64,000 bases of DNA from the human T2T-CHM13v2.0 reference genome, Homo sapiens: assembly GCF_009914755.1 (NCBI RefSeq), contig NC_060932.1; one strand, given 5' to 3'. The notes under the pieces were generated by a model that saw only the letters and a program-made list of their open reading frames with translations, had not been told where the DNA came from and ran no database searches. The position numbers were made by a program, and so were the translations under genes. Below are positions 1 through 16,159 of the stretch, piece after piece (positions within the stretch are counted from its first letter, which is position 1; every line of letters starts with the position of its first letter).

Positions 1-590
1 AAAGAAAATGCTTGTAGATCCTGGCATATTTCATTCCCCCAACAAACTGCTAAAACTCCATCCAACCATCCTACAATGACTGAAACACAGCTGTTAACAT
101 GCCCCACACATACCCACAGAAACTTGACAGCATTTTAGTGCCTTCCTCTTAAATATAAACAGACAAGATAGAATTCTCATGCATTTGAAGAAAACCTTCA
201 ATAAGATAGACCAAAAATGAGGGGGGAAAACCAACTCAGAGAAAGGGGAAATGATACAAGAAGCAGAAGAAAACTTCAAAATAACTATAATTAATTTCCC
301 CAAAGAGCAAAAAAAGATAGTACATTAATGAAACAAGAATAGAAAGCTACACATTTTTAAAAATCCAAAAGCAAGGAAAAGGAATTTTAAATTAAAAATG
401 TTACTGTGGAAATATGTTATTCAAAGGAAGAGCTGGAAGAGTAAGTGGAAATTTAGAAAGTTCAACAGAAATGGAGTAGAGATGGAAAAATGGAAGAAGA
501 AACATGAGTAAATTGGAGAATCAGTGCAGGGAGCCCAACATCTGATTTAGAGTCATAAAGAGAGGAAATAAAAATGTTTTTAAAAGATGT
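1..590 (+). mobile_element. Old L1-related ORF1-like fragment, probably the 5' part of the HAL1 that hosts the first 16 kb
   Basis: A-rich decayed ORF1-like sequence; appears to resume at ~4795 after the inserted L1. Confidence 0.5.
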
Positions 591-2256
591 GAAGATTTCT
601 GCTTCCAGGAAGATGGAGTAGATAAGCTTTTTCCCATTACTCCCAGTGACAACTAAAAACTCTAGACATTGTATGTAAAACAAACATGAGAAGAATCTGC
701 AAGGCAGAGAGAAAAGGACAGATAAGCTAGGCTAATTGTTGGGACTCAGGACCCAAGCAAAGACACTGTGGTCAGTTCTCGAGTTTTTTTCTGCCTCATA
801 AACCCCATACTTAGAGTTGGAAAGGCTGGTAATCCAGAAATGACAGTAGGCACAGACACACAAAAAAAATCCCAACAAAATCTTCTCTCTGTAGCCAAAG
901 GATCAGAAAGAGTCAGCCTAGAAAGACAGAAAGCCTTTAGCCAATAGATACTTCACCCCAGCTAAACACCGCAGAAAAAACTATGGCCCTGCCACACCAC
1001 TGATGCCGAAAAAGATTAAATTGGGAGCCTGGGCTTCCACTCTCATGGGGCTATAGTGGGACACCCCAACATTCCAGCTAGATGGTATCAGAGAATGCCA
1101 AGTAAGGAGCCTGGACTTTCATTCCTGCTAGCTGGAAATTCACCCCTTCCTGCCCCCCATGATGTCAGTGGAGACCAGGTGGGGAGGCTAGATTCCCTGA
1201 CCTAGCCAGCTGTAATGAGACCTTCCTCTCTTTTCCTGCTGGGATGGTGCCAGAGGAAACCTATGGGAAGTTAAGACTTTCATCATTGCCCAGCAACAAT
1301 GAAGCAACCCCCATTAGGGTGTTGGTTGAGATCACATGGTGCTCTGGAACCCCATGCCCATCCAGCAGTAGCAGAGAGCCCTCAACTTGGGTGTCAATGA
1401 GGGTGAATCAGGAATCTGGACTTTAAATTCCAGCTGGCAGTAATGGGGTGGCGGTTCCCTCCTTCCCCTGCTGGAGCAGTGCTCAAAAAAGCCAGCTAAG
1501 ACAGAAGGTTTAAATAAGATCCAAAGTCTCATAAGTGAAAATGTCCAGGGTTCAATAAAAAATCAGTCATCATAACGAGAACCAGAAAAATCTCAAACAG
1601 AATGAAAATAGAAAATATATGCTAGCAACGTGATGATGAGATGACGGAGATGTTTAATTATCTGACAAAGATTTTAAAGGAGCCATGATAAAATATGCCA
1701 CAATAAACAATTAGAAGGACTCCTGAAATGACTGAAAAGACAGAACTCCTCAGCAAACAAACAAAAATGTTTCAGCAAATATATAGAAGATATAAGAAGA
1801 ACCAAATGGAAATTTGGAAATTTTAGAGCTTAAAAGATATAATCAAGATAAAAAGCTCAGTGGACTGTCTCAACAGCAGAAAAAAAGGGACAGAGAAAAG
1901 ACTCAGTGACTTGGAAGATGGAATAATGGAAATTACCTAATCTGAACAACAGAGATAAAATAGACTGATAAAAAAAGAAACAGAGTCTCAGGGACCTATA
2001 TAACCATAAAAAAGATATAACATTCGAGTTATCACAGTCTCACAGAAGAAGAGACTAAAGTCTCCAAAGCAGAGAGAAGAATAAAAAGATAAACGTATTG
2101 AAAACGTACTTGAAGAAATAATTGCTAAAAACTCCCCAAATTTGGCAAGAGATGTTAACTTCCAGGTTCAAGAAGGGGTGTGAACCCCAAATAGGATACA
2201 CTCAAAGAAATCTATACCAAGACACATGATAATTAAACTTCTAAACATTAAAGACA
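591..2256 (+). mobile_element. Old L1M (L1MD-like) 5' UTR and ORF1, first part
   Basis: Starts TTCTGCTTCCAGGAAGATGGAGTAG, typical of L1M 5' ends; 2100-2256 is ORF1-like (GAAATAATTGCTAAAAACTCCCCAAATTTGGCAAGAG...ACCAAGACACATGATAATTAAACT). Confidence 0.7.
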
Positions 2257-3076
2257 TTCTGCTGATTGTTTCCTTTGCTGTGCAGAAACCTTTTAGTTTA
2301 ATGTAATCTCATTTGTCTATTTTTGCTTTCATTGCCTGTGCTTTAGGGGTCTTAGCCAAAAAAATCTTTGCCCAGATCAATGTCATGAAATATTTTCCCT
2401 ATGTTTTCTTCCAGTAGTTTCATTGTTTCAGGTCTTATGTTTAGGTCTTTAATCCATTTTGGGTTGATATTTCTATGTGGTAAGAAATAAGAGTCTAATG
2501 TCATTATTTTGCATGTGGATATTCAGTTTTCCTAACACCATTTTTAGAAAAGACCATTCTTCATGTATCATGTGTTTTTGGTGCCTTTGCCAAAAATCAG
2601 TTGGTTGTAAATGTATGAATTTATTTCTGAGCTCTCTTTTCTGTTCCATTGGTCTATGTGTCTTTTTATGTCAATACCATGCTGTTTTGGTTACTATTGC
2701 TTTGTAGTACATTTTGAAGTCAGGTAGTGTGATGCCTCCAGCTTTGCTCTTTTTATTCAGGATTGCTTTGGCTATTCAAGGTCTTTTTGTGGTTCTATGG
2801 AAATTTTAGAGTTATTTTTCTATTGCTGGGGAGAATATAATTGGTATTTTTACAGGAATTGCATTGAATCTGTAGATCACTTTGGATAGTGTGGACATTT
2901 TAACGATATTAATTATTCTAAAACCATTAACATGGGATACCTTTCCATGTATTTGTGTCTTCTTCAATTTATTTCATTCATGTTTTATAATATTTATTGT
3001 AGAGATCTTTCACTTTTTTGGTTAAATTTATTCCTATGTATTTTATTATTTTTTGTAGCTATTATAAATGGAATTG
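2257..3076 (-). mobile_element. Inverted 5' segment of an L1MA insertion (ORF2 3' region)
   Basis: Antisense L1 ORF2 sequence (CTGATTGTTTCCTTTGCTGTGCAGAA..., TTTGAAGTCAGGTAGTGTGATGCCTCCAGC). Confidence 0.9.
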
Positions 3077-4170
3077 TTAAAGAATGAAAGAAAATATGCA
3101 AACTATACATCACACAAAGGGTTAATATCCAAACTATATAAGGAACTCAAACAACTGCATAACAAAAACAAACAAAAGCCAAATAGCCCGATTAAAGAAG
3201 GGGCAAAAGACATGAATAGTTGTTTTCAAAAGAAGACATACAAATGCCCGAAAAGGTATATGAAAAATGCTCAACATCACTTATCATTAGGAAAATGCAA
3301 GTCAGAACCACCATAATATTTCACCTCAACCCAGTTCGAATGACTAACATATAGAAAAGATGAAAGATGATGTGGCAAGGATGTGAAGATAAGGAAATCC
3401 TTGCATGCTGTTGATGGGAATATAAATAGAGCTATTATAGAAAATTTTATGGAAGTTTTTCAAAAAATTAAAAATATTAGTAGCATATAATCCAGCAATA
3501 TCACTACTGGGTCTATATCCAAAACAATTGAAATAAGCATGTCAAAGAGACATCTGTACTCTCATGTTCATTACAGCATTATTCATAAAAACCAAGACAT
3601 GGAGGCAATCTAAATGCCTATCAGTGGACAAGCAGATAAATAATATGTGGTATATATACACAATAAAATACTATTCAGCCATAAAAAAATGGAACATTGT
3701 CATTAGTGACAACACTGATTAACCTGGAGAACATTATGTTAAGTGAAATAAGCCAGGCACAGAAAGACAAATAGCACATGATCTCATTTGTATGTGTAAT
3801 CTAAAAAAGTTGATATCTAGAAGTAGAGAGAGTATAATGGTGATTATCAGAGGCTGAACAAGAGGGGATAAGGGGATGTCAATCAGAGCACACATAATTA
3901 CAGTTAGAAAGTAAGAACAAATTTCAAGAGATCTATTGTAAAGCAAGATAACTATAATTAATAATGATATGTTGTATTCTTGAAAATATAAAGACAATAG
4001 ATTTTATGTGCTTTCACCACAAAAATGATCACTATGTCAGGTAATATATTTGTTAATTAGATAGATTTAACTATTTTACAATGCATGTATACTTCCAAAC
4101 ATCGTGTTGTACAGGACGAAAACATACAATGTTATCTGTCGACTTAAAAATAAATAAAAATAAGTAAATA
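3077..4170 (+). mobile_element. Sense 3' segment of the same L1MA insertion with A-rich tail
   Basis: ORF2 C-terminus remnant (KYANYTSHKGLISKLYKELKQL), L1MA-type 3' UTR, tail 4146-4170; degenerate TSD AAACATTAAAGACA (2243-2256) / AAAACTAAAGACA (4171-4183). Confidence 0.9.
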
Positions 4171-4183
4171 AAAACTAAAGACA

Positions 4184-4790
4184 AAAAAAACTTGAACCCA
4201 GACAAAGAAAATGTCACCTTACCTATAGTGAAAAACAGTTCAAATGACAATGTATTTCTCATCAGAAATCATGGCAACCAGAAAAAACATGGCATATGTT
4301 TCAAGTGCCCAAATAAACTTAGTAACCCAGAATACTCCATTGAACAAACTGTGGCACATTTATACCAAGAATTATTTCTCAGCAAATTACTACTAAAAAG
4401 AAACAAATACTGATAAATGAAATAACCTGAGTGAATCTCCAGAAAATTATACTGAATGAAAAAGCCAATTCCAAAAGGTTACATATGATTTCTTTATTTC
4501 ACATACTTGAAAAAAAATTTTAGATATAGAGAACAGATTAGTGGTTACCAGGGGTTAAGGAGAAGATGGGAGCTGTAAAGGAGTGCGTGTAAAGGGGCAA
4601 CCCGAAGGCTCTTCGTGGTGTTCCTTACTGCATCATGTCAATACTCTGGCTGTGACATTGTACTATATGTTTGCAAGGTTTTACCATTGAAGGAAAATGA
4701 TTAAAGGGTAAACAGGATCTCTCTCTTTGGTCCTTTTTACAAATGTATGTGAATCTACAGTTGTCACAAAATTTAATATTTAATTTAAAA
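4184..4790 (+). mobile_element. Remainder of the L1MD-like element: end of ORF1 joined directly to an L1MD/L1MC-type 3' end
   Basis: 4184-4336 ORF1-like (TTCTCATCAGAAATCATGGCAACCAG); 4342-4790 3' end (AACAAACTGTGG...GAATCTACAGTTGTCACAAAATTT). Confidence 0.7.
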
Positions 4791-4794
4791 ATAT

Positions 4795-5026
4795 TAGTAT
4801 AAGAATTTTTCCAAGGCGGGAAAACATAATTTTACAACCTGCAAGTGTCCACCAAGATCCATCAATTTTTCATGAAATTCAAGAATGAAGTAAAGAAGGA
4901 TCCTAAAAGTATACATGTGATACAGAAAATGAGGAGAAAGAAATGTGTCAATCAACAATGAGAGTAGGATGAAAATATTTTCAGACATGATAAGTCCTGA
5001 AACTTTTTACTTTCCATTTAGCTTTT
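4795..5026 (+). mobile_element. HAL1 fragment
   Basis: GAGAGTAGGATGAAAATATTTTCAGACATG resembles the recalled HAL1 consensus and continues at 6227. Confidence 0.65.
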
Positions 5027-6224
<1,198 letters not shown>

Positions 6225-6226
6225 TA

Positions 6227-7084
6227 GAGTAAGCTACTGAAGGATGTCCTCAATCAGAATAATGTACCAGGAGAGAAGATATAGAACCCAGAGACAGGGG
6301 AGCTAACACTGAAATGAATTGAAAGACAGTCCTCAGATGGCAGCTGCGCTGAGGGCCTAGAGGTTAATAAGTTCAGGCCAAAGTAGGTAGGTGGGGGCTA
6401 CAGGAGAGATGTCTTCCAGAAAGGAATTAATTAATCAGTGAAATTCATGAAGTACTTATTTGTGAGAAAATATTATTAACATTAGAGATAAAATTTGTTA
6501 GAAAATTTGGGATATAAGCAAATTCCCAACACCAACAACTAAAAATGAAGCAGTTAGTAACTTCTTGGAAAAATTAAAAAGCTAGATAAGAAAAGAAATC
6601 CTGTTATTAGTTCATAACTTGACTCAGCTATGAACATATGTACTTATAGCAAATTAAAAAGCTAGATAATTAAATTATCTAATTAAATAATTAAGAAATT
6701 AAAAAGCTAGATAAAAAAGAAACCCTGTTCATAACTTGACTCAGCTATGAACATATGTACTTATATCATCATAATAAGGTAAACATTGAATAATGATTCC
6801 ACCAGAAATTGTGACAAAATTATAATCAGAAAGAAGAAAGAATAAAAGTGAAGGGTGTGTGTGGTGGGAGCTTTAAGGGGTTAACTCACATTTATGTAAT
6901 ATATTTAGATAATGTCTAAAATCAAGAAATCAAAAATGACTATAAATATTTTATGTAAAAATCTAACATGGGAATAAATGCAGAGCATATAGCTAAAAGC
7001 TGAAATTGTTTGCTTCTGAGGATAGGAGAAGATGGGGAAGTCAAGTGATGACTTGATTGAAAATCTAGTAATTTTGACTTTTAA
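6227..7084 (+). mobile_element. HAL1 3' portion
   Basis: AAGCTACTGAAGGATGTCCTC...GGCAGCTGCGCTGAGGGCCTAGAG resembles HAL1; terminal piece resumes at 15933-15980. Confidence 0.65.
6571..6765. repeat. Local direct duplication (~75 bp x2 plus a partial copy)
   Basis: AAATTAAAAAGCTAGATAA...GTTCATAACTTGACTCAGCTATGAACATATGTACTTATA at 6571-6648 and 6696-6765; partial copy 6651-6669. Confidence 0.95.
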
Positions 7085-8819
7085 AAAATTATTTTTTAAA
7101 ATATTATAGATTCAGGGAGTACATGTGCAGGTTTGTTATATGGATATATTGCAAAATGCTGGTTTTTGTTTTGTTTTGTTTTTTGAGCTTCTAGCGAACC
7201 CCTCACCCAAAGAATGAACATAGTACCCCATATGTAGCCTTTCAACTCTTGTTCCTCTTCCACCCTCCCTGTTTTTGGGATCCCTGGTGTCTATTATTTC
7301 CATCTTTATGACCATGTGTACCCATTATTTAACTCTTCCTTATAAGTGAGAACTTAAAGTATTTGATTTTCTGTTTCTGAGTTATTTCACTTAGGAAAAT
7401 GGCCTTCAGTTCCATCCATGTTTCTGTGAAGGATATAATTTCATTCTTTTTATGACTGCATAGCATTCCAGTGTGTAAATATATTACATTTTCTTTGTCG
7501 ATCTACTTAGGTTGATTCCATGACTTTGCTATTGTGAATAGTGCTGTGATAAACATACAACTGCAGGTATCTTTTTGATAAATGGTTAATTTCCTTTGGA
7601 TAGACAGTAGTTGGGTTTCTGGGTTGAATAGTAGTTATATTTTTAATTATTTGAGAAATCTCCATATTGTTTTCCACAGAGGTTGAACTGATTTACATTC
7701 CCACCAACAGTATATAAGCATGCTTTTTTCTCTGCATCTTTGCCAACATACGTTATTTATTGACTTTTTAATAATAGCCAACCTGACTAGTGTGAGTTGG
7801 TATCTCATTGAGGCTTTAATTTACATTTCTCTGACAATTAGTAATATTGAGCATTTTTCATGTTTGTTGGCCATTTGTATGTCTTTTTGAGAAGTTTCTG
7901 TTCATATCCTTTGCCCACTTATTAATGAGGCCATTTATTTGTTTTTTTCCTTGTTAACTTAAGTTCTTTATAGATTCTGAATATTAGTCCTTTCTTAGGT
8001 GCTTTGTTTACAAATATTTTCTTCCATTCTGTAGGTGGGTTGTCTGTCTACTCTGTTGATTTTTATTTTGCTGTGCAGAAGATCTTTAATTAAGCCTGAT
8101 TTGTCTATTTTTGAGTTTTTCTTTGCATTTACTTTTGAGGTCTTAGTCATGAATTATTTGCCTAGGCCAATGTCCATAAGAGTTTCTTCTACTTCTACAA
8201 TTTTTAAAGTTTCAGATAAGTCTTTAATTCATCTTGAGTTAATTTTTGTATATAGTGAGAGGTAGGGATCTACTTGTATTCCTCTGCATAAGGCTAGCTG
8301 GTTTTCCCAGAACAATTTATTGAATAGGGTGTCCTTTCCCCATTGTCAATTTTTGTTGGTTTTGTTAAAGATCAATTGGTTGTAGGTGTGTGGCTTTATT
8401 TCTGTATTCTCTATTCTGTTTCATTGACTTATGGGTCATTTTTGTACCAGTACCATGCTGTTTTGGTTTGGCCTTGTAGTACAGTTTGAAGTCTGGTAAT
8501 CTGATGTCTCTGGTTTTATTCTTTTTGCTTAGGATTGCTTCATGTATTTGGGCTCTCCTTTGGTTCTATGTAAGTTTTAGAATTGTTTTTTCTAATTCTG
8601 TGAAAAATGACATTGCTAATTTCATAGAAATTGCATTGAATCTGTAGATTGTTTTGAGCAGTACAGTCATTTTTAACAACATTGATTCTGCCTATTCATG
8701 AACATGTAATGTTTTCCCATTTGTTTGTGTCATCTATGATTTCTTTCATCAGTGTTTTGTAGTTCTCCTTATAGATGTCTTTCACCTACTTGGTTAAATG
8801 TATTCGTAAGTTTTTTTAA

Positions 8820-10777
<1,958 letters not shown>

Positions 10778-12514
10778 TATTCATAGGTTTTTAATTTTTG
10801 GTTTGTTGTAGTTATAAATGGGATTGAGTTCTTTATTTGGTTCTCAGCTTAAACATTGTTGGTTTATAAAAATGCAGCTAATTTGTGCATTAACTTTGTA
10901 TCCTGAAATTTCACCGAAGTCATTTATCATGTCTCAGAGTCTTTTGAGAAATCTTTAGGGTTTTCTAAGTATAGGGTCATGTCATCACCAAACAGAGAGA
11001 CTTTGAGTCCCTTTTTTCCTATTTGGATGCGCTTTATTTCTTTCTCTTGCCTGATTGCCTGGCTAAGGACTTCCAGTACTATGTTGAATAGGAGTGGTGA
11101 GAATGGGCATCTTTGTTTTGTTTCAATTCTTAGGGAGAAGGCTTTCAACTTTTCCCCATTCTATGTGATGTTGGCTGTGGGTTTGTTATGTATGGCTTCT
11201 CTTATTTTGAGATATGTTCCTTTGTTCTCTAGTTTGTTGAGAGTTTTCATCATAAAGGGATGTTGGATTTTTTCAAATGCTTTTCTGCCTCTATTGAAAT
11301 GATTATAAGGTTTTTGTTTTAAATTCTGTTTATATGGTGAATCACATTTGATTTGTGTTTGTTCAATAATCCTTGCATTTCTAGAATAAAGCCCACTTTA
11401 TCACAATGAATATCTTTTTTGATGTGCTGTTGCATTCTATCAGCTAGTATTTTGTTGATAATCTTTGTGTCTATGTTCATCAAAGATATTGGTCTGTAGT
11501 CTTCTTTGTTTTGTTGTGTCCTTATCAAATTTTGGTATGAAGATGATACTGGTTTCGTAGAATGAGTTATGGAGGAATCTGTCCTCATCAATCTTTTGGA
11601 ATAGCTTAAGAAAGATTGGTGCCAGCTCTTCTTTGTACATCTTGTATAATTTGGCGGTGAATTTTTCTTGTCCTGGACATTTTTTGGTTGGTAGAATTTT
11701 TTTTACTGCTTCGATTTCCTAACTCATTATTGGTTTGTTCAGGATTTCAATTTCTTCCTGGTTAAATCTTTGGAGGTTTTATGTTTGTGGGAATTTATCA
11801 ATTTCCTCTAGGTTTTCCTGTTTGTGTGTATAGAGATATTCATAGCAGTCTCTGAGGATCTTTTGTATTTCTGTGATATTTATTGTAATGTCACCTTTAT
11901 CCTTTCTGATTGCGCTTATTTGAATTTTCTTTTTTTCTTGTTTAATCTAGCTAGTGGTCTATCAATTTTGTTTATCTTTTCAAAGAACCAAGTTTTTGTT
12001 TCATTGATCCCTTGTATGTTTCACTGATCCTTTGTATGTTTTTTGGTCTCAATTTCATGTAGTTCTGATCTGATCTTTTTTATTTCTTTCCTCCTGCTAG
12101 GTTGGGGTTCTTAGCTTGGGGTCCTGCCAGCTTGGTTTGTTCTTATTTTTTAAACTCCTTTAGGTGTAACATTTGGTTGTTAACTTGAGATCTTTCTATC
12201 TTTTTGATGTGGGTATTTAGTGCTATAAATTTTCTTCTTAACACTGCTTTTGCTACGTCTCAGAGGCTTTGGTATGTTGTGTCTTTATTTTAATTTGTTA
12301 ATTTTTGTTGATTTCTGAATTAATTGTGTTGTTTACCTAAAAGTCATTCAGGAGCAAGTTGTTTAGTTTCCCTGTACTTGTGTGGTTTTGAAAGTTCCTC
12401 TTGGATTGATTTCTAATTTTATTCCACTGTGGTCCAAGAAGATGCTTGATATGATTTTGATTTTTCTTGAATTTATTGAGACTTGCTTTATTACCAAGCA
12501 TATAATCAGTTTTA

Positions 12515-13221
12515 TTTGTGTATTTTTTAATTTTTAATTTTTTGGGTACATAGTAGGTGTACATATTTATAGGGTACGTGAGACATTTTGATACAGACAT
12601 GCAATGTGTAATAATCACTTCATGGATGAGGGAGTATTTATCCCCTCAAGCATTTATCCTTTGTGTTACAAACAATCCAATATACTCTTTTACTTATTTT
12701 AAAAGGTATAATTAGATTATTATTAACTATAGTCACCCTGCTGTGCTATCAAATATTAGGCCTTATTCATTCATTCTAACTATTTTTTGTACTTACTAAT
12801 CATATCTACCCCCTCCCCAGCCCCCTACTACCCTTCCTAGCTTCTGGTAATCATCTTTCTACTCTCTGTCTCCATGGGATCATTTTTTTATTATTATTCT
12901 TAGATCCTACAAATAAGTAAGAACATGCAATGTTTGTCTTTCTGTGCCTGGCTCATTTTACTTAGCATAGAGTGGATCTCCAGTTCCATTCATGTTGCTG
13001 CAAATGAATAACTCTCATTATTTTTTATGGCTGAATAGTAGTTCATTGTATATAGGTACCATATTTTCTTTATCTATTCATCTGTTGATGGACACTCGGG
13101 TTTCCTCCAAATCTTAGGTATTGTAAACAGTGTTGCAACAAACATGAAAATGCAGCTATTTCTTTAATATATTGATTTCCTTTCTTTTGGTTATATACCC
13201 AGCAGTGCGATTGCTGGATCA
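12515..13221 (-). mobile_element. Short L1MA (L1MA3-like) 3' fragment nested in the L1PA16-like element
   Basis: GGGTACATAGTAGGTGTACATATTTATAGGGTAC 3' end; host L1 ORF2 resumes at ~13232. Confidence 0.85.
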
Positions 13222-13484
13222 AATGAATAATTTTAGAGAATATTCTATGTACAGATGAGAAAAATGTATATTCTGCAGTTTTGTTGTAGAATGTTCTGTA
13301 GATGTCTATGAAGTACATTTGGTCAAAAGTACAGTTTAAGTCCAGAGTTTGTTTGTTAGTTTTCTGCTTTGTTAATCTGTCTAGTGCTGTCAGTGTGGTG
13401 TTGAAGTCCCCCACTATTATTGTATGGCTATTTTCTCAGGTCATCGAGTATTTGTTTTATAACTTTGGGTACTCTGGTGTTGGT

Positions 13485-13487
<3 letters not shown>

Positions 13488-13519
<32 letters not shown>
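13488..13519. repeat. (TA)n microsatellite
   Basis: ~16 uninterrupted AT units inside L1 ORF2. Confidence 0.95.
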
Positions 13520-13522
<3 letters not shown>

Positions 13523-16159
13523 TTAAGTCTTCTTGTTGAGTTGAATACATTATCATTAGAACCAGTCATCATAATGCTCTTTGTCTCATTTTACTGTTAT
13601 TGGTTTAGTCTATTTTATCTGATACATGAATAGCAACCTTTGCTCTTTTTTTCCATTTGCATGGTAAATCTTTCTCCACCCCTTTACTTTGAGTTTGTGG
13701 GTGTCATTACACATAAGATGGGTCTCTTGAAGGCAGCAGATGGTTGAGTCTTGTTTGTTTAATCTAATTTGCCAGTCTGTGTCTTTTAAATGGAGCGTTT
13801 AAGCCATTTACATTCAAGGTTAATATTGATATGTGAGGATTTTTTCCCATCATAGTGTTGTTAGGTAGTTGCTTTGTAGTCTCAATCGTGTGATTGCTTT
13901 ATAGAATCCGTAAATTTTTTTTGTACTTATGTGTGCTTTTATGGTAGTAAATGTTATCCTTTTGTTTTTATGTTTAGAACTCCTTTGAGCATTTCTTCTA
14001 GGACTAGTCTGGTGGTGACAAATTCCCTTAGCATTTGCTTGTCTGGGAAAGCCTTTATTTCTCCTTCGTTTATGAAGCTAAGTTTAGCAAGACATAACAT
14101 GCTTGGCTGGCTTTTCTTTCTTTAAAAAGGCTAAGAATATGCCCCAATCTCTTCTGGTTCATAAGGTTTCTGCAGATAAGTACTCTGTTAGTCTGATGCG
14201 ATTTCCTTTATAGGTAGTTTGGCCTTTTTCTCTAGCTGTCTTTAAGATTTTTTTTTCTTGTTGGCCTTGGATAGTTTGATGACTATATGCCATAGTGATA
14301 ATCATCGTGTATAGTATCTTGAAGGTGTTCTCTGAATTTCTTGTATTTGGATGTTGACCTCTCTGGCAAAATTAGGAAAATTTCTCAGATTTATTCCTTC
14401 AAATATGTTTTCCAAGTTGCTTAATATTTCTTCTCCCAGGAATACCACTAAATTCATTTGGTTGCTCTACCTAACCCCATATTTCTTTAAGGCTTTTTTG
14501 GTTTTGTTTTGTTTTGTTTCAATTGTTCTTTATTTGTCTGACTGGGTTAATTGGAAAGATCAGTTTTCTAGCTCTGAAATTATTTCTTCTGTTTGGTTTA
14601 GTCTATTATTAAATCTTTAAAATGTATTTTGAAATTCCTTTAGTAAATTTTTCAATTTCACAAGTTCTATTTTTCTTAAATATAGCTTGCTTATCTTTCA
14701 TACCCCGAATTGTTTTCCTAATTTCTTTGTGTTGATTTTCAACTTTTTATTGGATTTCAGTGAATTTTCTTGCAATTCATATTTTGAATTATTCATCTAT
14801 CATTTCATATTTTTTTATTTTGGTTAGGATCCATTGCTAGAGAGCTAGTGCAATTGTTTGGAGCTGTCAAGACACTATGTATTCTTTTACTGACAGAGGT
14901 CTTGCACTACTTCCTTCTCATTTGGAAATATTTCTGGGAAGAGTAGTGGCTTAAATCCTTGCAAGAAGGAGCTGTTACTTATTTTTGATTTTGCTATCAC
15001 TTGGGTGAGACTTTTAACTTTTTTTAATTTTTTTTTCTCAAGTGTATGACTGTGATGTATGTTATATGATCATTTGGCTTCATTTCTGGGTGGTTTCAAT
15101 GGGCCAAGTCTCTCTATGGGTTTTTATGGCTTTCTTATGGCACCTGGCACCCCTGTTGTGGAGTTCATGGCCTTCAGTTCAAATAGATTTTGACCTTTGT
15201 TTCCCAGCTGCAGTACAGCTATAGACCACAGATATGTTCCCCTGGTGGCTACCATCAAAATGGGCTCAGGGCACAGCCTCTTACCCCAGTTCAGAGCCAA
15301 CAACTCCACAGTTTGTCTGCTGTTCATTGCCTGCACATTGCTGTTCTGTGTAGGGAGGGTGAGCTGGGCCCCACCTTTCGTGCAAGCCCAAGAAGCACAG
15401 AGTTACTTTCAGCTGGGGTACAGCCACTGCAAAAAGCACAAAAAGTACTTTCTCCAAGTGCACATGTACAGACTACCAGGGGAGAAAACCTCTAATGCCT
15501 TCACAACAGTGTAGAGAGGGTAGGAGATGACCCCATTCCATGTCTGTTCCTGACCACTGATGTGAGGAGGATTTAAGCCACTACTCTTCCCTGAGAAGTT
15601 TCCAAATCACCACCAATAGTGTTTCCCTGGGTCATGAGGACAGAAAAGCTCCCCAACAGTTTTGTGGTCAGCAGAATGCCACATAGGTAAGGGAGCAGAG
15701 AAGCACTCCTACCTGCCCTTGCCATGGGGCTCTGAGTTCCTCAGGGGTTTGTGTCTGCCAGACTCTTGCTGCTTTCCTTTTCCTTCTGTGGGCACTCCAG
15801 CAGATCCTGACTGTCTTCTCTCAGTTCTCCATTTGGAACATGTCCATGCATCAGTAACTTTTATTTTTTTTTCTGAGGAGAACTGGAATCCAATGTAACT
15901 AGTCAGCCATCTTGAAAAAGAAGAGAAAAAATATTTGACTTTTTAAGCCATGCACATGTATTACATTGATTAGAAAAAAAACTTAGGAAAATGAAAGGAA
16001 GAATGTGGATGTAGTTTTCTTCCACCCAGTTACTCTTTGGAGATACACTTGGTTATGTCAGATGCATTCACTCATCTGGGGATATTTCACAATATATAGA
16101 CACACTTCCAGAGAATTCCTCAGTGCCCTTCATTCACATCAAAGTTTGTAATAACCACT

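Noticed and set aside
12001-12041. 20-bp tandem duplication TCA.TGATCC.TTGTATGTT within L1
   Set aside because: Ordinary slippage duplication in a dead L1
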